A stretch of 58,185 nt of DNA, filler included, from Sphacelaria rigidula (GCA_964200075.2; 8 parts of 8 records of this genome joined end to end with filler, not necessarily neighbours in it); one strand, 5' to 3'. Shown: positions 25,279 through 38,593, counted from the first letter of the whole stretch. The notes: generated by a model from the sequence alone, not told the origin. Program-made: numbers and translations.

Positions 25279-25490
25279 ATCATTATCATTATCATTATCA
25301 TTATCATTACCATTATCATTACCATTATCATTATCATTATCATTATCATTATCATTATCATTGTCATTATCAGTATCATAACCATTATCATAACCATTAT
25401 CATCATCATTATCATCATCATCATCATGTTCGCTATCGTTATTAATATCGTTGTCGCTGTCGTTATCATTTTCGTTATCGTTATCACCAT
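25279..25490. repeat. (TATCAT)n/(ATC)n microsatellite
   Basis: Direct reading; it produces the poly-I and poly-MI ORFs. Confidence 0.95.
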
Positions 25491-26124
25491 CAGTACCAGA
25501 CCAGGATCAGTATCATCATCGTTTCGTGTGTGAGAATCCCAATATCGGTTCCCGTCCGTCAGCGTACCTTGCGGGCAAATTTTCGTCCACCGCTGTTACT
25601 TTTTCTTTTTCAGATAATGATTATTTTGTTTGCAGATTGCCGCCGCCCCGAGTTCTTGTATTCAGAGTATAGTACGCTATGCTGTAACGATTAGAGAGTA
25701 TCTGTGAGAAAAGGCGTGAGTTGAGTGAAATATGTAATGTAGATGGTGTTAATGTAATGCGATGTAAGGTGTATCAACACATTTTATTTGGAGAAGGAAT
25801 AAGTATGAGATGGGCCAGCTGACAGTGATTTGCGAATGTATCCGGGCCGGGCGGTGGGTAATTCGGAGCGCTGGGTGCTGAAATACTGACACAACATTTT
25901 TATGATCACTTTGCACAACCTTCCCGGGGATGCCAAGAAAAAACAAACAAACTGAAAGTTAGAGTCATTTGCAGTTTCTGCAAAAACTAGAAAAACGCTA
26001 TATCTCCGTGAAAACAAAGAAATACGGGGGCGTTCCTAGTGTAGTTGTACGTCCTTGTGTGGAGAAGATCCGGGTAGAATTTCGGACAAAATTTCCAGAA
26101 TTTTTGCGCAGCATCCAACTTTCC

Positions 26125-26300
26125 GTGTGGCACGGCTGCGCCTGTTTAATCCAAGTGATGCAGTTGACTCCAGTTATGGAGGTCACGAGTTCGAATCCCG
26201 ACGGACTCGCTTTTTTGTTCCGTCGGTTAGGTCATACATCATGCAGTACAATTTGTTTTTTCATTCAGCGGCGGTCTTGTGCGTTACCACGTTGATCTGC
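26125..26300 (+). repeat. tRNA-related interspersed repeat (second copy 32395-32570)
   Basis: B-box-like GAGTTCGAATCCCGAC followed by shared AGGTCATACATxATGCAGTACA...TCAGCGGCGGT. Confidence 0.65.
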
Positions 26301-26554
26301 AGGTCACACCGATACACTCAAGTCGGGCTGATTTGGTAAACTTGATAAGTTATGGTGTGACATGCGAATGCAGGATTTACTGCTGGCCAAGCTCGTACAA
26401 AAAAGAAAGCCGAAGACAAATTGTGATATCAATATACTCGAATCAGAAAAAAGGTCAAAACGACTCGGGCGTCGTTCAATCAGGTTGGGTTCACTCTTTG
26501 ATCCGTACACTGTTACATTTGTGCAGATATTGAAAATTATGCATATAATTACAT

Positions 26555-26714
26555 AACACCCTGGACAATAGATTCCATCGGCAAAAAGTGTGTTGCGCAC
26601 AGTATCGAATATATGTATTGCCTATTGCAGAAGACTAGATCGGTAGACAATAGCTTACATACTGTACGCGGTGCACTTTTGCCAATGTTGTCGACTGTCA
26701 TTATCCGAGGTGTG
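26555..26714. mobile_element. Diverged copy of the 9827 foldback MITE
   Basis: ACACCCTGGACAA...GGTGTG; flanks AATTACAT / TATTATAT (6 of 8 match). Confidence 0.7.
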
Positions 26715-26791
26715 TATTATATAGCGATGCGTTTATATATGTATGTATATATATCCTATATCAACTCAATGAATCCCAACATGACCCGCAG

Positions 26792-27015
26792 CAAGAAACG
26801 GGCGGCAGACCAGGGTCGGAGAAATAGGCGCACCGCAGGTGGCGGCAGTAACTCGAAGCGTACTCAAGCGCGACCAGGCGACGACAATGACGCCGGGGAA
26901 GTGGCACAACGCTCGGACGTGGTGTTCGCCGTAAGCAACGGGGTCGTGACCAGCTACGACGACGAGGGTCGGCTGAACTGGCAGAATAGAAGGGGGCCTA
27001 CGTGGGCTAGCATGG
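26792..27015 (+). CDS. Internal exon, FG-GAP-repeat / NERD1-like beta-propeller protein
   Basis: Bounded by CCCGCAG acceptor and GTAAGT donor. SDVVFAVSNGVVTSYDDEGRLNWQNRRGPTW resembles my recollection of plant FG-GAP proteins (DVIFLTNRGEVTSY...WQ...TW). Confidence 0.65.
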
Positions 27016-27655
27016 GTAAGTAAGTCTGCATGGCGCGCGGGACGGGGAGGCACGGGGTGAGCGGGGATAACGGTAAAATATGTGCATTTTTCAAACGTGT
27101 TCGCTCCGTTAAAATCGTGCGGATTTTTGTAAGACGTGCAAAAGTTGTGTGATTTTCAAATATGTTCTTTTCCGTTTCGAGCGTGAAGCTATTCAAGGTG
27201 ATATAAACAGAAACACACGTATAGGGTCAGGTTTAGTGAGGATGATCGAGATCGACAAACCTCTACGGGGGGGGGGGCGTAAGGGGGGAGGGGGGGAGTT
27301 GTTCAATTATTCATAGAAGCACATACTTTTCTACAGGATGCTGTGCTGATACATCGATGGTGTCGTGTACTATTGTCTGATGTTTGTTGTTGCCCGGTTC
27401 TTGTTCGTATGTTGTTTCGTGTTTTGTCTTCTGGGGGGGTGTTGCTTTAGTATCCCTGAAAACCGAAGGCAGCGGAGAAAAACACGGAATATTTATAAGC
27501 TGTATAGCCAAGGTATAGTATCTGTACAGTATATGCCCCGCTTTTCATTTTCGGCATCGCTAGTACAGGTTGACAACCATTTCATTCTTTGTTTTGTTTT
27601 TCTTTCGGTTCTTTTGTTTCGCGGGCGCGGGGGGTGGTGGTGAAAAATGCACAAG

Positions 27656-27750
27656 GCCCCAACGGCGAGAGTGTCTCAGGGTACGTGATACCTTTCTACC
27701 TCGACGTTACCGGGCACAGCAGGGAGAAACACATTTTAGTGGCGGGTCAG
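27656..27750 (+). CDS. Next exon of the same FG-GAP-like gene
   Basis: Phase-1 join G|GC with the previous exon; reads GPNGESVSGYVIPFYLDVTGHSREKHILVAGQ; donor CAG|GTGAGC. Confidence 0.6.
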
Positions 27751-27993
27751 GTGAGCATCGCCCGCCCCCAACAGTTTTTTTTTTTTCCTTTCATACTTTG
27801 GACCCCTCCCCTTCCTCGAGACGAGTCTTCATTTGCAGTGTAGAGGGATGGCCTCGTCTTCCCCTTCTCCCAGTAGGTAAAATAGTGTAAAATACCTGTC
27901 TGGCATTCGCTATCAAGTATCGAGGATTGATGGGATCAGCGCACCCCGCCAAGTCACGGCGAACTTGTTGTCAGCAGTCCATCTCAGATGGGA

Positions 27994-27995
<2 letters not shown>

Positions 27996-28047
<52 letters not shown>
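27996..28047. repeat. (CA)n microsatellite
   Basis: Direct reading. Confidence 0.97.
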
Positions 28048-28049
<2 letters not shown>

Positions 28050-29044
28050 GACTATGACACACACACGCTGCGGCATGACACACTGAATCATGAAATTGTT
28101 TATGCCACATTTATCTTAGGACATTTATTGCACGTTATATATATATCTACGGTATATCGAATAAGTACGAAGATATAACGCGAAAAATGTGAACAACGCC
28201 TCGCTCGTGCAGTATCGTAGGTTGACGTCGGGTAGTGTATCGTCCTACTCCTACGGTATATTGGTATATCGGTATATGGGTATATCGCTCGTTTCTTCAC
28301 TTCTTCGATCTTTGTAGTTTTCAAGATTCTACTCTAGATTGGAGCCTGACCTTGAGGTAATTCCAGTTCAACACAGTACAGTACATCCAAGATGTCGTAA
28401 GCAAAGAGTGGGCAGGATCAATAGCCACATTCATATGAACAGGTTTGGTATATCTTACCATTTTGCAGTGTGCAACACCAGCGTTGGTGCGTAACCTGCT
28501 CTCATGGTGTGCATGCAGTCGTTGGTTGGCTACTCCTTTTACCAGAGATTGCAGTCGCGGCTCGGTAGTTGAGGTAGCATCCGTGGTTCACATAGTATCT
28601 TCATGCCGTCTTTAAAACGGATGTTGATTATTGCATTTTGCACATGTCATCGTATCTTGGTATCAAATTGTCATACTGTAGAAATATGGAACGCCTTCGC
28701 CCCTTTTGTGCATGTTGTACACGTATCATATATATATATATATATATTGTCATGAGCGAGCCATGATGAATGTCCTCCCCATGACTGATAATGAAGTCGT
28801 CGTTGTCAGTCACCCAGGGGTTTGGTATTGTTTGACGCCTTGAGCACACCCCCAATAACATTTGTAGATTGTTCATGCGTACTGTACTTGTCTGCAGCTA
28901 TACCGTGTACTCCACCGAAAAGTGTCGAAAAGTTACTGATGCCATTATCACCCTCCCCCCCACCCACCCTGCTCCCCCTCACCTCTAGACTCTTGGGTTG
29001 GCGTCGATTGGCAACGGCCCTGTAAAACAAGCCACCAAAACCTA

Positions 29045-29144
29045 NNNNNNNNNNNNNNNNNNNNNNNNNNNNNNNNNNNNNNNNNNNNTTAATTAATTAA
29101 NNNNNNNNNNNNNNNNNNNNNNNNNNNNNNNNNNNNNNNNNNNN
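29045..29144. other. Artificial contig spacer
   Basis: N44-TTAATTAATTAA-N44. Confidence 0.99.
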
Positions 29145-29163
29145 GATCGGACTAATGTGCGGA

Positions 29164-29217
<54 letters not shown>
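29164..29217. repeat. (AAT)n microsatellite
   Basis: Direct reading. Confidence 0.97.
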
Positions 29218-29919
29218 CAGTAAAATGCCCTAAACTCATGAAGAAGAAAAAATGGTACTGACGTAATTTTTTCTCATGCCCTGTGCAATGTCCATACCAA
29301 ATTTGACGCTCCATCTCTAAGTATTGGGCGGGGCGTGGGCCTTTTAGAAACCGGATCGGTATAAATTCGGAACATTATTTCGCAGGCCACTCACCAGCCC
29401 ACGTTTGGTTTTCGTGTATTGAAGTTTTGTGTGGGCGCTCTCTAAGGCATAATTAGCAAAACTCAGTGGATCAGGTGAATGTTTTTTTCACTGGTTTAGG
29501 GCGTTCTAGTATGATGAAGACCGTTTCTTCACGAGAACGCCCTAACCTCAATGAAAAGATATAAAAATGAAGGCCCATTTGTTTTTCGCACACCTTCGTG
29601 GTTCTCCATGCTAACTTTCAAATCACAATTCTGAGAATTGAGCTGAAACATTGAGATGAGGCCTAAGAGCAATGTCCAATGTTCATTTCTCCTCAAAACT
29701 CCACTAAAAACACGGAAAAAAATGAAAAAAAAAATGAAGAAATGGTAACAAGCTGTTTTTATTTTGTGTTATATGCACTACCGGTTCACCACACGAAGTT
29801 TTATTGGACAATTCTCAAAAACTGAGACGCGATATCCAGATTTAGGGCATTTAGTGCCTCTGCTCGTAATATATCGATTTTAGTATATAAAATTATGTGC
29901 GCATATCTCGAGTTTGATA

Positions 29920-30190
29920 ACGAACTAGGTGAAGAAGAGGGTATTTATCGTCTCCCCGTGCTCCAGGGAATGTCCACACCAAAATTCGTCGTCATCCGCT
30001 GAATGCATCGATCGGGGATTTCATAAAGATTTTAGTATGGACGCCATCTCCATGAGGTATAGGAATTACTAGACACGGGGTTCAATCAACGAGAGAATAT
30101 GGGCCCAAACTTTTGAGTAGATGGGCACCTTCCCCTTGGTTAGACGATTGATACGATATGCGGATCACGGGCCAACTCGTCTGTGTCGAT
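29920..30190 (+). repeat. Interspersed repeat (second copy about 45418-45680)
   Basis: Shared CCCCGTGCT..AGGGAATGTCCACACCAAAA...GATATGCGGATC...CCAACTCGTCTGTGTCGA. Confidence 0.8.
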
Positions 30191-30662
30191 GCGATATTGC
30201 TTTTGGAGCTGAAACCCGTTTTTAGGCTGGCCGAGCTCGTATATTCAGTAGAAATGTTCGTGTTTTACCCTTTTTTTCATCATCGTGCACCTTCTTTGCT
30301 GTGTTGTCCCTTTTTATGGTCGAGTTTCGATGAACAAGTCATTTTTGTTTTGACTACCTTAGGTGCAGTTGTTACGAGGTACCCCCTTATTCCACCACAC
30401 GTACCAACAAAATTTGCTCCGAATGGTACGCATCATGCCTATGACTCATCATGGCGGGGCTCGTTGCCACAACTTCATCATGAAGGGTACGATGTCGATA
30501 TGCTGCCTGTCGCACTAGAGATGTGGATTCTCTTGTCCATTTGGTGCCCATTTGTGAGATTCGAGGTCGAGTTTTACACACAGTACGCCCATCTAATGAC
30601 CACGGCTAGAACTCGTAGCCGACCAGCCAGTTAGAAGATCATCATGCAATCAATCCATCCGC

Positions 30663-30880
30663 TCATCCCTCAACGACTCTGTCAATGGTGTCGGGTGCAC
30701 CGCCGGCGTACGAAGCAGTGGGGCGAGGACGAGACGGAACGACTGAAGACGAGGAGGTGGATGAGGAAGAGGCGATGCTCGAGGATGCTTGCGAGATGTT
30801 ACTGGTGGGGCTGAGAGTCGTCGCGCGTTGTGCAGTAGAAGAAGGGCACATGTTGATGCTCGTAGGGTGCTGCTGGCTGT
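30663..30880 (-). CDS. Possible Ser-rich terminal exon
   Basis: Acceptor-like CACTCTAG, then an open GC-rich frame to TGA (…SSSIASSSSTSSSSVVPSRPRPTASYAGGAPDTIDRVVEG*); no family recognised. Confidence 0.3.
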
Positions 30881-30910
30881 CTAGAGTGGAACAAATTTGT
30901 AGGCCGATTT

Positions 30911-31048
30911 CACACCCTGGACAAAATATTACATCGTCAAAAAGTGTACTGCGTTCAGTATTGAGCATTGTGCCTATTGCAACAGACGATATATTCCATG
31001 GTGTACGCGAAATATATGTTGACAATTCTATCTATTGCCTAGGGTGCA
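30911..31048. mobile_element. Diverged copy of the 9827 foldback MITE
   Basis: CACACCCTGGACAAAA...AGGGTGCA; flanks GCCGATTT / GTCAATTT (6 of 8 match). Confidence 0.75.
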
Positions 31049-31284
31049 GTCAATTTCACTCTGTTGCCGTGAAAGGCTTGGGTTCACGTGATGGCATCAA
31101 CTGGCATCATTTTTATTTCACGTCTTGGTTCCGCTGGCGAGATTTTTTGTTGAGAAAGTTTTATGTAGACGTGCTGCAATGAGAGCGCAAGCTCTTGGTG
31201 TGTGTGTTGTCATCCCATCCATTCTGGACGTGAGTCTACATCTTTCGGTGTATGTGGGCGCACCAGCCGGGGAAGGCTAGTTCA

Positions 31285-31581
31285 TCGATGATGGGCTACA
31301 AATGTTTGACACATTTTTTCAAGTATTGGTACCTCTAACCCTAACCCCAACCCCAGCGCATATTGAGAGCCCTCGGGTAAGGGTGGTACATACGATTTCC
31401 CAGGCAAAGTGCGGCCATAGCAAACCCCAATTCGGCGCCTGTGGCGCCAATTTCAACGAAGATGCACTCTGTGCACGCGAGGAGCACACGGGACTGTCAA
31501 CCCTACTAAAGATCCGATTCTCATTGTCCACACTCAAATCAAGTAATGAATCAACTATGAACATTTGTAGCCCAACGCCGG
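31285..31581 (+). mobile_element. Non-autonomous TIR element with internal CTAACCCTAACCC motif
   Basis: Inverted GGGCTACAAATGTT (31293) / AACATTTGTAGCCC (to 31573); second copy at 1597-1863. Confidence 0.7.
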
Positions 31582-33843
31582 TCGACTCCACTGAGCCGGG
31601 GTCACACAGGAGGACGGCCAACCCAGGAGCTTCTTATCTTTTATTTGTTTTAATTCTCCATCTTCCTTCTGCGGGCCCCTGGTGCTTGACAATATTGAGC
31701 TCGGGCACTTGACCATTATAGGAGATGCGATAAGCGCAGGTATCGTGGTAGTTTGACCCTTTGCGAACCAGACTGGAAAAATCAGATGGGGAGGCAGGGT
31801 AAAGTTGGGTCTACTCGGGTGTTTGGTTTCAGCGTATACAGTATTCGATTTTTGCTGCCGATATGCATAATTAGCAAGCCCACGAGGTTGTATATTGCGA
31901 GGAAACGGGCGGAAGTGTGCCCATTAGGACAGACTGCTTTCATGAAAGACCTCCGACCAGCGAATCGATACATCAGTAAGCAGCCCCAACACTTGAAATT
32001 ATTCCGCAAAGAGATGGGCCCAAGGTAGGCCACTGAAAACCTGGAAGAATGCCTGCTTTCCGATGAACAGTGTACGAGCTGGGCCAGCCAAGAGTACGTG
32101 TGAATCTCGCTCAGGCGACGCACGGCGCGATATCAGGAGTTGGACGCTGAAATTTTGACAGCAGGTTTTCATGATCGAAATGCAAAAGATTACGGGTCCA
32201 GCAAATAAAATAATGAAAAAATAAGAAGTTGTGGGCATCTGAAATTTTAGCAAAAACAAAATAATGCTGTAAGTCCAGGAAAAAAATGATAATCTGCAGC
32301 TGGACACGTGAAGTATCAGTCCCTTGGGCGCAGAAGGTCTTCCTTAAGTTTCAGCCCAAGACTCGTCGAATCGGGCCGTGCGTGTAACATTTTCCGTGAC
32401 GCTGCTGCACCCCTATAAATCAAGTGATGGGAGACTCCAATTATTAAGGTCATGAGTTCGAATCCCGACAGATTCTTTTTTTTTCGTCCGTCATTAAGGT
32501 CATACATGATGCAGTACATTTTTATTTTTATTTCACTCAGCGGCGGTGCATTTTGTCACCAGGTTGGTCTACACTTCACAGTTATATGCTTACATCGGGT
32601 TCATTCTGGAAACTGGGGAAGCTATGGTGTGAGAAAGTTTTAGCAGCTTTTAAGCTGGCCCAGCTCGTATGGGTTTCAGCGTTTTGTCACCCACTCAATA
32701 CACGTTATATTGCCATCTGGGATGGTGTTTGTAGCCAGAGAGGAGCGCTTGCGGTCTAAAGCGTCCGAGTTCCGGACGTTAAAGATTCAGCCGGTGAAAA
32801 CATTCCGAAAATAACTCTGCCCCCAAGGGGTCGAGAACGACTCGAGAACCATCATGACGTTTTTTTCGTGGGTTGGGTCGCTCCTTAATGGCAAACATTT
32901 TTTTTTCGTGAAAACGCTATTTTGGCCCCTCTTCGTTTTGGGTGCTAAAAGAGAGCTAGACGGAGTTTGACACCTTGGAATGACCTGCTCTGCTTGTTGA
33001 GGCGGATTCAGGACATCTTCGCGTTTTTGGGTGGCCGCTGTTTCTTTTTGCCGTCAAACTTGCGTTTTTGTCAAAGAACGGTCAAGAACGGCCGAATGTA
33101 GAATAACCTGTCATTTTTTTTCTTGACTTGATCGTCTCTGGACAAGAATGCTTGCGTGGCCATAAAACTGCGGCCACCAGAAAACGCGAAGATGTCCTGG
33201 AACCGTGTCAACGAGTACAGCCAGTCATTCCAAGATGTCAGACTTCGCCTAGCTCTCTTTTACGGCGCATAACGACGAAGGACCAAACAAGCATTTTTTA
33301 TAGGACTCTTTCTTTGATCACCATAAGGAGTGGCCTTGGCATGAACTGCACACATTGTATTACGTAGCTAGCTCTTCGAGTGACAGGAATAAAGAACATA
33401 TTCGGCATGAGATACTTAATTCAAGAGGCTGCGCGTGGATGTCTCTACAGCGACGTGACAACGTCTTCCAGCATTATTTTTCAAAGACAATCAGAATGGG
33501 GGCAGCCGTGGCGGCGTACATTCGATGTGACCCCTTGCCCGTAGAGCTGTTGGGGTCTTCGCTTTGGGATACGTAGCGTGTTGTGTGGCACCCTGTAAGG
33601 CCTATTCGATTAATACCAACCACCCCGTAAAAACATCCCCGTGAAATTGATTTTCGGGTATTCCTTTGACGCCATTGTCGTATGTACAGTACTGTATCGG
33701 GGCACGTTGGATATCACCCCTTAAGCAACACCCCCCGAGGGACGAATATCCGGGACACTCGGGAGTCACCACCCACAGGTGTTACGGTGTACTCTGTCGC
33801 AGCATCAGGATTAATCTTATGTGCCGTCGAAAAATGTGTTCAG

Positions 33844-33915
33844 GTGTTCTCTGAGGCGATGAAAGAAGATGCGAAGAGCAAGTTTCAGCGCAGCGACTTC
33901 ATGGGAGCGGCAAAG
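33844..33915 (+). CDS. Isolated 72-nt exon, TPR-like helix
   Basis: TTCAG|...|GTACGG, phase 0-0; VFSEAMKEDAKSKFQRSDFMGAAK resembles TPR helix A (AE.LKE.GN..F...DY..A). Confidence 0.55.
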
Positions 33916-34354
33916 GTACGGTACGGTTGAAGACGAGAAATCGCCGCGATCACACTGAGCACAGACGTCATCGTGTATTTTGTTCTGTTTTTGATGTGGT
34001 TGGGTCTGATTTCACTCCTTTTGTTTCCTCTACGTATATATATATGTCCCATTCTTCTTTTTCGTCGACGAACATCTCCGTCTTGTTTTACCGTAAGTGC
34101 CACTATCATGTGGATAGTGACCACCTCAGGGTCCCAGGGGGGTCGGTTGACGTGCGGCAATCCATCCATATATATATATTTTTCTGTTCTTGTCCCTTCG
34201 TGCTTTCACGCTTTGAAGATTTGCATTCCGATCGCTGAGACCCGCGGATACTTATATATGAGTTTTTGAAATCAGGAACAGATTTTCCCCTCGGAACCGG
34301 AAGTTATTTCGTGATATACACACCAAGACGCTCAAATTGCCCGAAACGGCCGTC

Positions 34355-34396
<42 letters not shown>

Positions 34397-34650
34397 AAAG
34401 CCCATGATCTGACAGTAATTTTGGTGCAAACAGATTTGAAATCGGCGACGACTTCCATGAGATACGGCCCAGAATGTGCAAACCTTTTTTTTCCCGACAC
34501 ATTTTTCCTTGTAACTCTGCTCTGACCACGTCGATCTGAATCTGATTACTCTAAAATTCTCGTCAGATCACGAGCTTCCAGGGGGGGTGACGGCCGTCTT
34601 GCACGATTCGGCCGTCTTGGACGATTCGGCCGTCTTGGTGGAAATCACGA

Positions 34651-34681
<31 letters not shown>

Positions 34682-36330
34682 CCACCCACCAGTCAAAGAC
34701 GCGCTTGTACGCCACCCCATCCCCCCGCCCCCCCCACCCCCCCNNNNNNNNNNGGCGGGCCTTTTGCCCGGTTGGGCCCTCTTGGGCGATTGCGCCGGCT
34801 TGGGGGAAAACCAGCCCCCCCCCCCCCCCCCCCCCAATATTTTGTACAACGGTAGTGAGTTGACGTTTCGGCAACGCTCTACACGCCTGCCGCCCGCACC
34901 AACGATCAGGGCAAGGCTCTTGTGACCTCCGCAGGAAGAAGATGGACCGTGTGGTGTGTATGAACAATCCGCAGACCGTTTTTTTTTTGTGTACAGAACG
35001 CCTTCGACGTCACTAGTCACCGGTACACATACCCTGTAATTAGACGCAGGCGGTTGAGAGGGCTGGGGGCGGGTGTACTCATGGTCATGTCTCGTTGCTT
35101 GGCATCCCTAATTTTTCTTGCAGCTCAGCATCCCTGGTACAGCTGATCCAAATATTTGGGGGGTGGGCATCCTCGTTGTTGCTTCCCTCAGCCATTTAAG
35201 TCGTTTGACCTTTGACCAGGCATCCCGTTGGAGACGAAGCACCGGGGGGGAGGAGGGGGGGAGGGGTCTCGTTGACTAGCACCTTCGCCTTTTTGTGACT
35301 TATTACTAGATCTTCGTGTTACGCCCCAAAATGTGAGCAACATGAAGTCTCCATGTTGTGGTTTTCCTCGAATCGGATAAAAAAATGGCTGACAAGTACA
35401 ATACAGGAACAATCCGCAAATTCCCTTCATGTGGGGTAAAGTCCACATTCCCCACGCCAGCACGTCAAGAACCGATACTTTTTTCCCTGCCCACGAGGCA
35501 AGCCCCAGACCGGAAGCCATGCGGCGGGGGGCTACCGTATGCTTGTTCGTTCTTTTTTTGTTCGTCTTTTGATTTCGTCTGCTTTCGTTCCTCTATCTCT
35601 CTCCCTTGTTTTCTTGCTTCACTATACTCGGTGTTGTTTCCTCTTTCTTCGCTCCTTTAACCCTTTTGGGACTGAAGCTCACTAACACCATGTTCACCAT
35701 GTGTTCGTAACATAATAATAAAAAAGTCTGGGAGCCACCTGTCCAATCACGACCAGGCCAAATTTATCGACCACATCAGAACAGCCAGTGGGGGGGGAGC
35801 TGTCGCCGGGAGTGATGTCACTACGAAGTTGGTGTACCCCGTCCCTGGCCCACAAAAAAGCCTTCGAAGCAAAAGAAAGCCCAAGTTCTCGGGGCTCGGA
35901 TTCTAGAATTTTTCATCATTTACTTGCATTTTTTGTAGGCCCGACCTCCCATCCCCTGATTTGTTTGGGGTCACCATCCTATAGTAAAACCCTAGTTGAT
36001 CACACTAACATGTTGCGCTCGGCGGGAATTCGGTAATAAATGTACCCTTCTATATATATGGTGATATTTATAAGGCGACTGAATCTGGCAACGCTGTGGG
36101 ACGAGAGACGGAGCTAGAGTCTGTCGAAGCGGTACAAGCGGCGGTGAGGTGGTATGTAGTCGACGGTAACGAACTTGTTGTGTAAAGGCAGCTGATCTCT
36201 GTCTCGGAGAACTGCCCATAACATTTGAGGGAGTATGCAGCGGCAGCTGCTGCCGCATTCGGAAAAGCGTGCTGCACTGTACTGTATTTGCGGCGCAACG
36301 CCCATGTCGTTCGAAGAGAATTTGCCGCTT

Positions 36331-36430
36331 NNNNNNNNNNNNNNNNNNNNNNNNNNNNNNNNNNNNNNNNNNNNTTAATTAATTAANNNNNNNNNNNNNN
36401 NNNNNNNNNNNNNNNNNNNNNNNNNNNNNN
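36331..36430. other. Artificial contig spacer
   Basis: N44-TTAATTAATTAA-N44. Confidence 0.99.
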
Positions 36431-37907
36431 CTCCGTCTCGAAAGGTGATGCATGGTCAATGGTCAAAGGACCAGAAAAGGAAACAAATGAATATGCCCCC
36501 CACCCAAAATCTGAAAGCGTGGGGTTGCTCACATCTTTACTCCGGTCCATGCCCCTGCATATCGAGAAAATTACGGAATACGCGTATATTTCGTCAAGAA
36601 AATGATGCAGACTGTAGCTTGACCGCTACGCGGGCTGTAAGAATTTACTATGGTCTGCAGTACTGCATGATCTACACGACACGAACAGTGCAGTATGTAG
36701 TGCCGCAGTACAAAGTAGAATGGCGGTCCTCACAAGCCGAGACTTCCATACTTGAAGTATCTTTCCACGTCATACCTCGACCGCGTAGTGATCTGCTCGG
36801 CATGGGCATCAGCGTTGCAGTAGTCGATTAACGGCTGATAAAACCCGGCGCATTTGATGGATGATGTCTGATCTCCCCCGATTTTGATGGAAGATGGCCA
36901 TCCGTACACTAAACCCCTGCTAACGCGTTTCCTAAATTCAATAATCAATGTGTGACGGATGCAAGTCGTGCGCATAGACACTGTGCGCATGTGTGCTGAG
37001 CGGTAAGTTGTACTTTTCACGTGGCAAGGATGCACCGTATTCAAATATTCCGTCTTGTTTTTCAGTGAGAAAAAGCCGGCATTCTGATGAATGCAGCTCG
37101 GGGGCTATCGTTACATTTGTATAGCGTGTCATATTGGGTAGGCTTGGTCTAAAGCTGTAGCGATTGGCTTTTTGGAAAACTTGAAGATTTTCGGTCAAAT
37201 AGCTGAGGGATCTTCCGAGATCTGTTTTTTCCTGGCGAAACATTTTTAATTTTGCCGGATTTCGATGTAGCCCTCGAGCGCTTGACAGCGAATCTTGGAA
37301 TTTTCTGGAAGCTGCTGATCCCTGCGTGAAAACACACCCACCACAGACGCAGGAGATTATGGATGAATCATTTAAGGCGTCGTATGTGAGGACTGCGGGG
37401 GATCCCACAGTGGACTGATTGAAGCACCGCGTCCACTGCTTTTGTTTTTGTTGTCGCGCGTGGTTCATCGAGACAAGGAGGTTGTCCGAAGCAAGCATAG
37501 TATAGAGGGCTTCAGATCGAAATGACGAAGCCTGGCGTGAGTTTGTGGGGTTTGCCCTTGGCCGCGGATGTGACAAGTGTCAACACGCGCAGGGTGCGTG
37601 AACCTTCTTGTTGTCCTTTTGTTGGTTTACCCACAGTCAACCATCGATCAAGACGGCACCCTGATGGATGATTTCCGTGATGTCCACTTTTGATTCATCG
37701 TCATTTCCCCTCTGGCCAACACACAGTGCAGACGAGGCGTCGCTGCGGACAATCCATAAATCTGCCGCACAGTCAACTCCTCCTAACATACGATCTCATG
37801 AGTAAGTCCTCCCCCTCCTCCACCTCTCCCGCGCATCCTTCCCCGCACCGCTCCCCCCGCCCCCTCGTCTCCACCCACTCCATGTGATTACACCTGGTAA
37901 AACACAG

Positions 37908-38193
37908 TAGCGGCGGTCCGAGAACGATGGCAGGTCTGCAATCAACTGGGAGGTGTCCGTGCCACAGCTATTGCGCAGTCTGATGCCGCCAAGCACATGC
38001 GCCTCGTGCCATGGGCCGGTGTGGCTGCCAGGCTTTCCACTTCGGCGGCAGCAATAGCACGGCCAGAGGGAGAGGGCATCGAGTGCGCAGCCCCTTCCCC
38101 GCCTCGGGGTGCAGCGTACTGCTTCCTGCCCCTGCCGGTGGTTACGGGACTGCCTGTGCACGTTAACGGTTACTTTGAGCTCTCTTCCAACAG
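37908..38193 (+). CDS. Sacsin-like protein, exon A (internal)
   Basis: ERWQVCNQLGG...LVPWAGVAA...AYCFLPLPVVTGLPVHVNGYFELSSNR is the sacsin repeat signature. Confidence 0.9.
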
Positions 38194-38593
38194 GCGAGCA
38201 CGAGGGTGTATATTGCTAGACGCTGTCTACTTCGTTCAGCTCGAGTATGGGTTTACCGTTTCGTAAAACACTTTTTCTTGTATGGAGATGGTCACATGCT
38301 CATTTTGTAGATGGGAATCGCCGATGTGTTGACGCGTTTTGCGACGAATTGTGAAATGAGAGGTACTGTTCGGCATCGTTACAAGTACGTCCCGTATTTG
38401 CTAGTAACTTTTCGTGCATCATATTGGCGGGGCACATAAGGCGGCGATATCAGTTGCTGCAGTGCACACTCCCACTCTCTCGTAATATTCGAATTCAAAT
38501 GACCCGTACAAATAACATTTGCCCCGCTCTCTTGTTTCTTACATGCCCCCATCCCCCCAAACAATCATTCAAAATACATACAATTGAAAAAAG

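Noticed and set aside
25041..25533. Poly-Ile and poly-Met/Ile ORFs resembling membrane proteins
   Set aside because: Translations of a (TATCAT)n microsatellite
34337..35020. Poly-Pro and poly-Gly ORFs
   Set aside because: They arise from C/G homopolymer runs with an internal N gap; low-quality repeat sequence
37470..37542. Possible upstream sacsin exon ending at GTGAGT
   Set aside because: It has in-frame stops and its phase is incompatible with exon A
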